Assembly: GCA_965235115.1 (NCBI GenBank) | Contig: OZ249436.1 | Span: 16,122,001 to 16,186,000, forward strand | DNA length: 64,000 nucleotides | Direction of reading: 5' to 3' | Source: Laetmonice hystrix | Taxonomy: Eukaryota | Shown here: piece by piece, positions 26,101 through 39,018 of the stretch | Layout: each line of letters begins with the position of its first letter | Position numbering within the stretch: the first letter of the stretch is position 1 | The notes under the pieces: generated by a model | What the model was told of the DNA's origin: nothing | Database searches by the model: none | Seen by the model: the letters and a program-made list of their open reading frames with translations, nothing else | Position numbers and translations under genes: made by a program

Positions 26101-29100
26101 AACATATGAATTACTGAATCATTTTAAATAGAAAATGGTAGAAGAGTTACCAGAAAGTGTGTTCGGATTGAGAGGTAAGCACGGATTAATGAGGTCTGAC
26201 TGTACTCAAATAATATTTCAGTAAAACTGCATATCAGGAAATGTCCATCTTCTGAATGATATGAACATGCAGTTAGAGTAACTTTGTGCATAATCAAAGA
26301 AGCCTTCATCCTTTTTGTAGGTTCTTTGAAACTTAAGCAAGAACTTAATTAAACTACATTCATCACCATGATCATCACATCACAATAACTGTACCTAGTG
26401 TAGTATGGCTTCTTCAGTACTCGAATCAAGTGATGGTTATGTAAATCAAGGAAAAGTTAACGTTTTAAAGTAAATGAAGAAAGTTGTAACCTACAGATCA
26501 ATAAGGCCTGCATGGGAAGAATAATCTGCCTGCAGTTTTTAACCTGACCTGTGGTTCTGCTTGATTCCAATAAACTACCTTCATCATCCAAGTTGGAGCT
26601 TGGGATGCCAGGTTTTGATTGAAGGCGTGTAGCAGATTGAAGGCTGGCTGTTTCTGGGAGAGAGTATGGCCGTATGTATACTTCACGAGCGGATGGTCCA
26701 CCATGGGCCTGCCACAGTGAAGTACGCTTTCTCATGGCTTGCTCAATCACTGGGTTACTGTCGTCTAAGTCTCCACTTTCCTCCTCCTCCTCCTGCTCTT
26801 CATCAGAGGATAAGTTGACCTGTTCATGGAGTTGAAGTACTATTTCTATTACAATTGCTCTACAATTGAACATAGCACATGATATCTGTAAAGCCATGAT
26901 GTTCACAACTAAAATTAAGATTAACCCAATCTGTGGATTTACACGCAGTTGCCAGTAAGTCAGAATTTTCTAGTCTTTTCTCTTTTTTGGAGGCTGGCCC
27001 TTAAATTTCTCTGGCCAAGCACAGAAGAACTCAGTTAAACATGACTACCAAATGTACCCATCCGTAAATCTAGACTAGATAGTAGGTTAAGCCATTCTTG
27101 GGATTATCTTCACAAAATGTTCTTGCATACGGCCATTATTAGGCCTAAGTGTTATTTTCAACCTAGCAGTACCAGTTGGAACTATTATCGTGTTTCTCTT
27201 TAATCCATTTAATCTTGATCTACCTGACCTTTTTAATGTTTTTCTTGAAGTTAGGGTCTACATCACTGCGTGGTCGTCCACGCCAATTCTGCTTAAGTGC
27301 AGGGTTGCGTTCTGCATACTTCGGGGCAAAGCCAATGTTAGGGATGTCATCCAACTTCAGCCTCAGTTTATTCTACAGAAAAAGAGAATAAAGTGAAGCA
27401 TGGTTTCAATTAAGGTTTTGGCACATTACAAACTTACATGTGTGCTTTAAGTTATTAGGTCACAGAACTCAAATCCTTCAGAACATTAACCTCTAGTCTG
27501 GGACCTCAAATTTCAAGATAAAAACATTCTACGGTCAAATCAACATGTGCAGTGATGCAGAGCACATAATTTTGTTATGGTCTGCCTAACAAGTAGAAGG
27601 TTCGTCTATAAATGTGAAGCATTATAAAAGCAAGGCTGGTACTCCTTAAATTAAAAAGATGTGAGCTGTAGACCAAATTACCTCCATGAGGTCCAATCTT
27701 TCCAGCTTGGTCATGTTTTCAATACATCCAGGAACTTCTGACAGTTCGTTATTGAACAGATCTAACGTTCTCAGTTGTGTGAGCAAAGAAAACGATGCTG
27801 GTAGCTCAGAAACCTGTCAACATAAAACCTCGGATTAGCAATTCATAAAAGGGTCAGATCAAAAACAAATACTATTGTTTATGAATTCTGAGTAATTAGG
27901 ATTTACTACTATTAAGGATGCCTGAAACAATTCACTATGGATAAAACTATTTAATAATTAAATTCAACTGACTAGGTTATTATCCAGGTGGAGATCACGA
28001 AGGCTGGAAAGGTTCCCAAAGTCATCTGGAAGTTTCTGCATTGCATTCTTTGACAGAAAACATGAGTGTAGTGACCGCAGGTGACAAAACGAGTCAGGTA
28101 AACGCCGGAGTCTGTTTTGACCTGTCAATCATAATGATCATAAGTGGCTTTACTTAAAGCATTTTCAACAAGTTTATCACAAACAAGTTCACATAATAAC
28201 ATATTCAGGAGGCTCACCAGGGTAAAATCATTTTATTTAAACATGTTTTTTATTCATTCAAACTAACAAACACTTCAAGCCAACCACATTTTAAGGATAC
28301 AAAACATAGGTCGCCGACCATGCCGGAAAGTACTAAATTGTGATGAAAATAATGAAATCACAGGTAACCGATCTACTTTTTCAGGGACATAGCATTTTAA
28401 AAAAGTAATCGGGAAAAATCGCCCAAAACTCTGAATAACTGACGCTGCCGAGATCTATTTATCTGTCTATAGATCCCCACATCCTCCTCTGAGCATGGGA
28501 CGTTTGGTATGCCGTAACATTACTACGCATGCTTAGAAATGAAATGTACATGGACAACCTTGTCATCTCACTACTGTTAGTGTTACCTAGCCACAGAGCA
28601 GTCAGACTGCCCTAGCACCACACATATGCATAGCAACGACTCCTTCAACATATTGCTTTTATAAGAAAAAGAATGGTGCCTATTGTATACCCCAACTAAA
28701 GGGTTGACTGGGATTAGGCCTAACAGTAACAATAGGGAGCCGAAGTCTCGCGGCACAGTTATGGATTTTCTGGATAGGAGGTACAAATGGAGCGTCAATG
28801 TTGACACACAATTGTTGCGTCACAAATTTCCCCATTGGTTTAACATAGGATGAAGAGACATGGTTCCAAAGATCGGCCTAGTCTTGAAGAATTTTGTGTT
28901 GTTATGTATAACAGTTATTTATTCAAGCATAAAACAGGTTGATACAAATATCTGGGAAGGTTTCATTACAATGGGCAGCATAATTACAGAGAAATCACAA
29001 GTTGAAGTTGGCAGTCGCCGTTCCCTATGGCCAGCGCAATGCTAAACAAGCGTGAGCGATAATGAGGTGTCAACAAAATCGATTTTTATCGCGTTGTAAC

Positions 29101-32026
29101 GCAACATCTCGTGACCTACTTCGGCTCCCTATAACATCATGGAATCATCAGTTCAGTAATTTTTCACTAAAATGGGACCCCCCCCCATATTAGGGTTAAA
29201 CGAGATAGGCCTAATAAGCATTTGTAAATTATACACGAAAGAAAAGTTTTCAAGTGCATATGTTTTCATGTGCAAAAACCTGTGCAGAAGTGGTCATTTC
29301 TTACCCCGGTGAGCCTCTTTAAAGGCAAGGTAAACACCCACGGCAAATAAGGTTTCATAGACCAAATGAAACACTGGTAACTCAGGGCAATAAATGCCAC
29401 AAATAAACGTTGTCAGAATGAAGTAATTAACGTGTAACCGCCCAATGTATGACGCCGCTGGTTCTGACCTTGACGTTCTTGTGTGTTCATCAGAGCTGAA
29501 TGCTGCACACCGCGGCGTATTGCATAACATTACGTGTTACTCTGCTCACAGACCTCGTCTACACGATGTTTGGAGTCCCAACGTTTGTAAACGTCCGAGG
29601 TGTTGAACACACAAGCAGAACCAGTTGCGTCACACATCGGCCAGTTACACGTTAATTACATGTACTTTATTCAGACAATGTAATTGTGTCATTTATTGCC
29701 CTGAGGTAAATGCTGGTGTTTCATTTGGTCTACGAAACCTTATTTGCCGTGGGTGTTTACCCTGCCTTTAAATGCAAGACAGATCAGCAAATATTAATGA
29801 AAACATATGACAAGCAATGAGATTTATATTGGTAAAATTGTGCAGGATTAAACACTTACCGAGATCCAATGTTTCCAAATGCACAAGATCACCGAAATTC
29901 TCTGGGAGACGTTCAAGCTGATTTTCTTCCAGCCTTGCATGACGAAGGTTTATAAGGTGGCCAAATGTCTCGGGAAGCAATGCCAGCCAGTTACCATTCT
30001 GGAAGGCCCTTCTCTCCAATTCATCAATGACACTTCCAAGGTGAATGTTTTCCAAACTCTGTAGCCTACCCAAAGACTCTGGTATTGACGTCATGAAGTT
30101 ACCCGCCAGATCTAACGTCTTCAGTTGGTGGCTGTTGTGACCAAAAGACTCAGGTATGGGTGCCTCAGGCAATTGGTTGTCTCTCATGGACAGCTCTAAC
30201 AACTCTGGCATGTTTCCAAACCAGGCAGGCAGGACATTAATGCCATTTGTCTCACAGTAGAAACGTTGAATGACACCGTGAGATTTAAATTCTGTTGGCA
30301 GTAGAGCTAAACCATTTTCAGAGAGATCCAGGCTGGTTACGTTGGGTAAATTACTGAAAGAAGCTGGCATGACTTCAATTTGGTTGCAGCTTATGTTGAT
30401 AGTGTGTAAAGACTTCAAGCATCCAAAACTTTCTGGGAGAGAATGCAGCTTATTATTACATATTTCCAACCCTCTGAGGTTCAACAAATCACCAAATGAG
30501 TCAGGAAGTGTTTCAAGAAGATTTTCATCTGCATCAAGTCTCTCAAGGGATGTCAATTCACCAAAGGCAGGGGGCAGTGCTTTTATCATATTACCTACAA
30601 TGTTGAGGTGAGTAAGTTTGCTCAAATGAGTAATGGTGCTTGGCAAAGACATTAACTGGTTCTCATTAAGATAGAGTTCTCTCAGTTTGCTGAGCTGACC
30701 AATTGCTGCTGGTAGGTGCTCCACATCATTTCCGACAAGGGACAATCGAACAAGGTTGGTTAGGTAGACACAGAGTGACCCAGGAAGGCAATCTAGGAGA
30801 TTATGATCAAGGATAAGCTCTTGAGCTGAAATACATTTATTGACCTCAGGAGGCACTTCCTTGAGATTCATAGACTTGAATGACAACACCAAATCATCAT
30901 GTATTTGAGATTCCTCACCAGAGGCAGCTCCCCTCCTGCCCTCACTGTCTCCATTCTCGGGACTCTCTGTGGCCCTACCAGTACTCTCACAGTCACTGTC
31001 ATCGGAGTAAACCCTTCTCATCTGGCCATCCTTTCCTGCTCCATTCATTACTCCAGCATCTTCTCCTTCATCTCCATGCTGATAATTACCACCTCTTGAT
31101 GCATTTGTCCTTCTGCCTTTTCCTGGGTTACTAGCAGAACTTCTATCCAATATCTTAGAGCTAGTAGAGGTGTTAGTGGCTAGTTTCAGACTAGCATCCT
31201 TAATGAGTCTTTTCTGAAACTCGGTAGGATTTTGCAACAGAAGCCCATCTCTTTTTGCTGGCGAATCGGTCTTTCTTGTGGTCTTCAATTTTCCATTCCG
31301 ATGTATTGGAGGTTTGGAACCACTACAAAGATTTTTATTCAAGTCAGAGGTGCTGGAGCTTCTGCACTGGCTTCCTGTGTGGTCCGGATCCGATAGCTGA
31401 GCTGAAGGTTTTGCATCATTATCAGGATTCTCAGAAGACACAGGGTTTTTTTCCCTCTGAGAATCACTTAATCTAACATCCTCAGTTTGTCTTTGAATGT
31501 CACTGTCGGTGTTAACAGTCCTGGTTTGTTTTGGTGCCACCCTGGCACCAAATGTCTCACTCGAGTCATTCTCCATGTGGAGATCCTTTTTAAAAGTGGA
31601 TGAGTATTTCTTGCCCTTTGATTCACCAGATAGGACATTAATTTTTATTTTTCTCTCTTTCTCTTCTGACTGACGTGCACCATAAGCTTCTGTTTGGCCA
31701 TCCTTGGTTTTAGAATCCTTTCTTGCCCTGGTTGAGTAATTAACCCCTCGATAATCAACCCGACTTGTTTGACGGGGTGAGCCTTCAGATGGGCAGGCAT
31801 CTTCATGAACTTCCCCTCTGGAGCCCATCTTGATGACATTACACTTACTGCTGCTGTGGCTCTGACTGCTACCGTTATGATGGTCAGTGCAAGTATTCTT
31901 CACTGTAATAACCTTCCTTGAGGCCATCATTTGTGTCTCTCCTTGACACCCATTTACCTCGTCTGTGAACATAACAAACTTACTACTCTTGGTATATGTA
32001 TGCCTATAACTGTTGCTGCTAGCCAT
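23185..32026 (-). CDS. Leucine-rich repeat protein (~1080 aa; disordered N-terminus, SHOC2/LAP-like 23-aa LRR array, acidic C-terminal tail)
   Basis: Exons (minus): 32026-29860, 28121-27973, 27813-27682, 27372-27229, 26819-26549, (25930-25891 uncertain), 25348-25300, 23689-23560, 23345-23185. Total 3243 nt, in frame. Repeated LxxLxLxxNxLxxLPxxFG units, e.g. LTSLERLDADENLLETLPDSFG and LSSLRDLHLDNNL-VSELPASF. Ends ...FLPSDVHPDPYYKRSASRGVEEGQFDDADE*. Confidence 0.85.
25427..25837. mobile_element. Non-autonomous DNA transposon, CAG..CTG ends, 5-bp TSD (hAT5-like)
   Basis: TIR cagggtttc / gaaaccctg; TSD tccac. Near-identical inverted copy at 62876-63326. Confidence 0.85.
28735..29129. mobile_element. 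MITE with short TIRs
   Basis: (ta)gggagccgaagt ... acttcggctccc(ta). Confidence 0.65.
29323..29767. mobile_element. Kolobok-like foldback MITE, TTAA TSD
   Basis: ttaa-aggcaaggtaaacacccacggcaaataaggtttc ... gaaaccttatttgccgtgggtgtttaccctgcct-ttaa; long imperfect inverted arms. Confidence 0.85.
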
Positions 32027-32388
32027 ATCCTTCTCGCAGTCTGATTACAAGTAAGGCTCAGAATGTCTGATTCATTCAGTTTGGAATTCTTGTATGTACA
32101 GACAAATCTTTCACATCTGGAGATCCTGTCCTATGTATGAGTGCTGTTTCAAACATCTTCATTTTTAGTGAGAAGGGCACTGAGGACTTTTCTTTCAATA
32201 GAGGTTACTCAAATCCCACCTGGTTTGAAAGAGTCCTCCCTTCTGTAAGTAAAAAGTAAATAAAACATTAAAACTTAAAAATAAAACATAAGGACCATAA
32301 AATGAATACTGACTGAAACAAACAAATTCAACACTTTAAGAAAACTTATAATCAATATATCTTTGAATTTTTATTTTTTTTAACATGT

Positions 32389-32551
32389 CAGGGGTCGAAA
32401 AATACAACTTTTGGCCACTTTTCTGAAATAATGTTGTGTTATAAAAGGGCACGTCTGTCGGACTAGTTTAAAGCATTTGTTTGGCTCTTGGGGGTAGTCC
32501 GACCTGAAAAATGCTAGTCCCGGGTCGGACTCCCGGATTTTTCGACCCATG
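32389..32551. mobile_element. MITE with 5-bp TSD (hAT5-like)
   Basis: caggggtcgaaaaat / atttttcgacccatg; TSD catgt. Related termini at 58031-58434. Confidence 0.7.
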
Positions 32552-34936
32552 CATGTGAAGAAAAGCATCAAATGAAGCAAAAACAAAGCCTCTGGACTGA
32601 ATTCCAATTTCTAATGATGTCATACAGAAAGAGTGGTTCCAGCATAATAAGAAATTCTAGTTCTAAGAAGATCAGTCTGGTTCTCTTGGCTTAAAATAGC
32701 ATGTTAAACTGCAATGATATCCAAATTCACATGGATTCAGAGCCATCACCCTCATTACCAAGTGTTTTTTTTTTCTTATCTGGTACCCTTTTCGTTTGCT
32801 TTGAGATGCTTATCAAAGTTAGAAATAATGATTAACCCTATTTCCCCTGTATAGTCTAATACGAGGACACCGCATTGTTTCCTAGAGTCTAGACAGAATC
32901 TTCAACAATATTCAAACTTAGCAACAGAGGCAGTGGAAGCAATGGCTATATAAAGAGGTACACATCGAGTATAGAGTGAAGATTTAGGGATGGACACACA
33001 GCAGCTGGAATGATGTCCCAAATCTTACCTAGAAGCACTAGGTCAGTACTTGTGTAAGTCTTATCTATAGACTAAGGCTTGTCCACTTACACTGCATCTC
33101 ACCTGTGCCCCAAACACAACCTGCAGAAGTGTTCACACAACATCCTTTCTAGATGCCAGGATTTAAATTAAGTGAAAGAACTGTAAAAGCCACAGAAGCG
33201 ATACCTACATAAAGGTCGTGCAGTACCTCCACGCTCACTATGGGACTGACTGCAGTCTAGATATTGCAGTCTGGGTAGGGGAAGCCACAGCAACCCCCAA
33301 CTGACACACTATTAGGTACTATTTCTAGCCTGCTATAGATTAGCCAAGCCAAGCTGCACCCATGCTGCCCCCGCAAGGAGGAGGTGCAGAGGGAATGCCT
33401 ACCTAGCAACCATCAGCAGCATCACTGAACCAGAGTAACCAATCCCACCCAACAGGCACACACTGACTGGCCCTACATGGGCCTGGCATTCCACACTGGG
33501 CTGCAACATTACCATTCATACTGAATAATTGTATACTACACTGGGTCATAATCCCAGGGACATTACTTATCAGGTGTTTCAAATATTCTTTCTGGAATGA
33601 TCCAGGATTTGAAACTTTTAGGAATCTCATTTGAAGATGTTATACATCAGTTTAGGCAATTACTTTTTTCCATGTTTATTTCAGAGCATGCTAATCATTG
33701 ACAGCATTCAAAGGCCAGTAAAGTAAATTCGACATCATTATTAGAATGTATAGCATTGAGGGGGGGGGGGGGGGGATCAAGTAGGCCCACTCATAATTTA
33801 CATATTTGTCTTTCCTGTTCTCTAGCCACCTGCTGTGTCACTCACCACTTTGTCTCTTATATATTTAAATATGTCTTATAAACCAACGTTGAAGGTAGGG
33901 GAGGCTGGCCCCCTGCCCCGTCAATCCTCATCCACAGACTGGCTACTGCAGTGTTTCTTGCATATATTATGTGCAATAAGGATGAATCCTCATTGACGGA
34001 CTTCAGGTGGGAAGGCAAACGCCACCCCTTTAGCTAGCCTATCTTATTATAGGCCCTATAGCTGTCTCTGAGCAGGGGTTATTAATGACCCATGCCATGC
34101 CATGCCAATAAAAAAAATAGCTGGGTGTAGATATATTTTCAGCTATCAACGGATCTGCATCGATCTCAGAAATAAAAATAGTAGAAATCCGCTAAATAGC
34201 GGACAAATAGGATCCCTGTAGATTTTGCTGGGATCCTGTTCTGCTAGAGGAACTTAACGAGGTTGAATATAGAATATCTAACCGTTGTTAAGGTTTTAAG
34301 CTTTTAGAAAGTGGAGTTATTAAGATTGTTAGTCAGTGGGGTGTCATCTGGCCTACGTCCACAGAAAGGCACACAACAGCAAGGGAAAAGGGCATCACGG
34401 CACTGGACTGCTGTCGATGATGCAAAGAATTGGAGGGCACCATGGCAAATGGAAAGGGCACGATGGCAATTGCCGTCGATGCTGTTGTGTAATTCGAGGC
34501 CTGCCATAGAACTAGACTGACCCCGGGTTGCCTAGTTCTATGACTATGGTTATGCTAATCGTAATGTAATGAACTATAAAATCAGGTACCGTTAGTGTAT
34601 TTAGCCGGCAGGGTCAAGTGACCATTATAAGTGGCAGACAATTTCCACGATCATGTTCAACCCTCCCCTGGTGGTGCTATGTGAGGGCCCAGGCTGATGT
34701 GCCAAAGGCAAAGGGACATGGGCCTGTCAGGGGGGTCTGGGGACATGCTCCCCCTAAAAATTATGAAAACTAGAGAGTGCAAATCATGCATTCTCCTGCA
34801 ATCTAGGATGAAAATCAAGTTCTCAAAATTCACTCAAAAAGTCAACTTATTTATGTTGCATAGTACTCAAACATCCCTCGAATCCAAAACAATTTACGCA
34901 ACATTACAAAACACTGTCAAAACTAGTCAAAATTAA

Positions 34937-35088
34937 AGCTGCACTGTCCTCAAATGGCAAAATGGCAAAAGAGATACCCATCCTATGTTTTGCCTTTTTC
35001 TGTCCTCTATCAGGCTTTGTGGGCCGAGCAGACACCGTGACAACCGTTCAATTCTGTTGGCCTACAGTGCAGAGAGGACAGTGCAGCT
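34937..35088. mobile_element. Kolobok-like MITE, TTAA TSD
   Basis: ttaa-agctgcactgtcctc ... gaggacagtgcagct-ttaa. An internal ~50 bp is shared (inverted) with 22302-22350. Confidence 0.8.
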
Positions 35089-36260
35089 TTAAGTGGTAGA
35101 TTTCATTTTGGTAGTGGTAGAAGTTACAGAGCTATTGATGCGGTAGGGCCCAAAGCGGTAGAGATGGCAACTATGGTGGGCCGTGGTGGAGTAGGCCTAC
35201 ATGATTGTATTGTTGCCAACCCTCCCGAATAATTTGGGAGTCTCGCGAAAATTTAAAGCAAGTCCCATCCTCCTCTCGAATTAGCTACTCCAAGAATATC
35301 CCGAAAACCACAAAAAATGTCTAAAGAGAAAAAAAATCTACCAAACACTGTGCTAATGCCTATGATTTTGTATAGCTTGTCAAAAGTTGAAATCTGGAAG
35401 ATTGATTTAAAGAAATGGCAAAAGCCTGTTAGCACGCAGCGCGCACCGCCTTCGGCAGCGCAGCGAAGCATGTTATGGCAACGTACGTAGATCTTCTCTA
35501 CGTCGTCCCGATCCACTAAAGCCGACAACTTAAAGGAACACTCTTCTCCTGCTTTTTGAGTTATCAGATGTTAACTTGATAGTACTAGAGCCCGTCTATA
35601 CCATATTCATATTTTTAGGCTGCCCTTGTAATTAATGATTATTAATCAAAAACGGGACTTAGTAGTTGATAGTCTTTTCGCCATCTTGCAAAAAGGACAC
35701 ATGCTGACGCCTTGCGGAAATCTACAGAACTATAGCTGCCACCTGGCAAAATGCTGGTAGTGACGTCACGAAGGGACAACAACTTTGGTAGGCCTAGGCC
35801 TACAGCGTAGACTGAAGGCGTAGACTAGCTAAACTTACCGCGAGTTTGGCCCACAACAAGGAGTATTCCAGGACTTTGTGCGGCAGTGGGGTTGTAACAA
35901 CCGAAACTGGATTAAGAATTTGGATCAACAAAGGAGCTTTCATGATTTCCCCTCTAAAATAAAACCTGTAGGCTGTGTATAATTCTGAAGAGGTGGGTGC
36001 ACAACAATACATGCGTCGAGGTAGGCCTAAGGCTAAGCTAAGGCTAAGCTAAAGTAAAGTGGATTTGTTCCAACAGCGATCCACCCGCATAGTGTGAATG
36101 TCTCGATTTTTTTCTGTGACTAACTAAACTTGTCAGTCTTAAACTTCTACCTAACTGATTAGGCCTAGACTCCGTTTCTGCTGTGACTAGAGTCGAGAGT
36201 GCAGTCTAGTGACTAGTCTAGGCCCCGTAGATCTAATCTCATTCTAGTATTTCTACTGTC

Positions 36261-36685
36261 TAAAATTAAAATTAACTCATCTTCCACACTCCAGTTAGCA
36301 GCCCTCTTCCTTCCTTTCCCAACTTTGCCCTTCATGAGTGTCTTTGTGAAATAATAATGTGAAAAAACGACCGCAAAAGTCGGCAGGAACATTTGCAAGT
36401 CGTGTATAAAAATACGCGCCAGCAGACAATCGCTCAAACAACTTGACACACTTATTGTTATTGTGACGTAATCTATTGTCACCAGTGACGTCGTTCATTG
36501 TCGTCAGTGACGTCGTTCATTGTCATCAGTGACGTAATAGAATCTTGCATTGTCTAGAGTTGAGAACGGGTTCTCAAGCCTGAGATGCTTGGAGAAACGG
36601 CTAAGAACCGCTGAGTACGCCATTGAGCACGCCAGTTGAGCATACGTTCTCAAAAATCCTTGAGATGTTTCGAGAAACCGGGCCC
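36261..36685 (-). mobile_element. One-ended Harbinger fragment carrying start of a Myb/SANT-like gene
   Basis: Terminus gagaaaccgggccc followed by TAA. Minus-strand MKGKVGKGRKRAANWSVEDELILI from 36335 resembles the N-terminus of Harbinger Myb/SANT DNA-binding proteins. Confidence 0.6.
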
Positions 36686-36983
36686 TAATCTCATTCTAGT
36701 ATTTCTACTGTCCAGTCACCAGTGCAGTGCAGTGATTAGTAAATTGGCTGAAGGAGGAGGCAAACGGCCCAATATACCACCAATTTACACTTTGAAAATT
36801 CTGAGGGGTGGGGGAGTATTTACCAAAGACCGGTTTTCCAAGACAACCCGTGGCCGGCGTGGGCGTGACCGGCCTGTAGCAGGCCTACTGTAGCAAGCCG
36901 CCCCCGCCAACTCCGTCGCCAAGCTGCACGCCGGGCTCAGGCACTGAGTGAGCCGAGGACAGACACCCATACTTAGTCTAAGG

Positions 36984-37015
<32 letters not shown>

Positions 37016-38662
37016 TGATCCAGGATTTTGCATAAAAAATAATTTTGCAAGGGGGGGGGGGGGCTTGACCTAGCTAGGTGCGCCGTAGTCTGACATAGAC
37101 ACACTGCAAAATGATAACCCTCAGCCTGGACTGGCTGGAGTCAGCCGGGGGGGGGGGGGGGGGCTTAGCCTTAGGCAGGGCCTACTAGTAGTAGCCTACT
37201 GCTACTGCTGCCCCCCCCCCCCCTCAGAAATTTCTAGATGCGGCCCTACATACGTGTAGGGCCTACCTCCATAGCTTATATTATCTTGGAAACCGGCTAG
37301 GGCATATTTTCGACCTACTTCCTTGGCTTAGGCTAATGCTATGGCTATGGCTATGGCTATGTCTATGGATGATGGATGTAGCCGGGGGAGGGGGCGGGGG
37401 TTCCGAGGGTTCTGACGAACCCCTCTCACTTTTGTGGGCCACTATTAAAATAAATACACTATAGAACTAGATATCATTGCCGAAACTTATTTAACAGGTC
37501 CCTATTTAAACTATCAGGTCGCTACATGAGCAGACCGCCTACTTGTCAACACTTGTTTAACGAGGGCCGAGGCATATCCAGGGCTGAGTGAGTCCCTTCG
37601 TGACGTAGTCAAAGATGTAGCCAAGTAATTGCTATTATTGCCGCAAGAGGGCGCGCGGTGCGCCAATGGCGGCGACTATGAATCTGCATTAAAGTTCTTT
37701 TTGACAATATAATATAAACTGTTTGATGTTAAAAAAATAACATGGGTTGTAGAATTATGCCTTCTTCAATTCTAAATATGATTTAGCTCGAGAAAAGCAT
37801 TCCTTTAAACCGGATGGTAACCGGACCGCAGTCCCATTCGGAACACCGAGCCCTTTACGATGTAGAGAGACTCGGATACCAATCGAAGGTCGCCATATTG
37901 GGTCAGCGCACTATTGTCGTAGCGTCCCATGTAAACAACAATGGCTGCCACTCGCCAGTGTCTGGGCTGTGGTGCTGTCAATAGACGGCTTTCTTCGTTA
38001 GTTGGCAAAAAACTGAAACCGAATTTGTCACGGACATAGCCTTTCTTGACAATGACATTAGCCATGAAAACGTGGACTATTCCTTATTTAGCATGTATGA
38101 TCCGTGCGATAAGAGGATCGAATCAAGGTAGCCAGTCAAACCATGTAAAACCGTACGCCACCGTTGAATCGAAACATCTGGCGACGGTTTGAACTTTGAC
38201 TTTTTTCATTTTACGGGATTGTGACGGTTCATTTTGACGACTTGACTCTCATGTTAAGCGTTGAACACCCTTGTGTTGAATCCAGTCAAATCAAGGCAAA
38301 AAATACGGCAAATCCATACTCAAAGTGGTTCAATATTATGAGCCAGGGCGACTCGAAGCCCGGGCCGCCCTAGCTGTCCCCACCGGGAGCCACCCGTGCG
38401 GCCCTGCAGAGGTGTCGCGAAGTGGCCGGGTCATTTTATTCGATTGATCTATGTTTGGTCAAAGTTGTTACCGTAACAACAACTTTATAATGATATCTGG
38501 TCTATATGAGTTTACTAACACCATTAATACAGGCTCTAACCACTATATATATAAAAGGGACTCAATTTCTGCCGGCATCTCACTACCTGTGCCAGTCTTG
38601 TGTCATTGCGCACTGGGGCGATACATGGAATCCATGTATATTAATGCGTCGAGGGGTGTCCG

Positions 38663-39018
38663 CTGACTGGTCCCCTGCTGTTTTCCTCCCGCGGTCGGAG
38701 ATACAGACAGGTACACACCAGCAAAAACGGGCAGATTTAGGCCCGAATTTATATTCTGACGTCAAAAAAAAAAGACAACCGGAACGACAGATCACTTAGC
38801 AACAGGCCGTACGACCATGGTGATATTGTCACGTCACAATCAGTAGACTTAGGAACCATGGTGATATTATCGCGTCACAATCAGTAGACGTAGAAAAAAC
38901 AATTTGGCATCGGTGTGCGCCAATGAGAGCGAGTCGCTCTTCGGCCAATGAAATGGGCTAACGCGCTGCTGTGTACCGGTCTCTATCTCCGATAGGAGTT
39001 GAGCAGGGAACCAGTCAG
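38663..39018. mobile_element. MuDR-like MITE, 9-bp TSD (nested)
   Basis: TIR ctgactggtcccctgct / agcagggaaccagtcag; TSD gggtgtccg. Confidence 0.75.

Noticed and set aside
26240..26440. Extra micro-exons of the LRR gene (e.g. VLKKPYYTR)
   Set aside because: Alternative phase-compatible solutions exist, but the splice sites are weak and this cannot be resolved without RNA data.
29768..29859. C-terminal tail of the 752-aa ORF (KCLILHNF...)
   Set aside because: Read-through into the intron past the gtaagt donor at 29859; the LRRs continue in the next exon.
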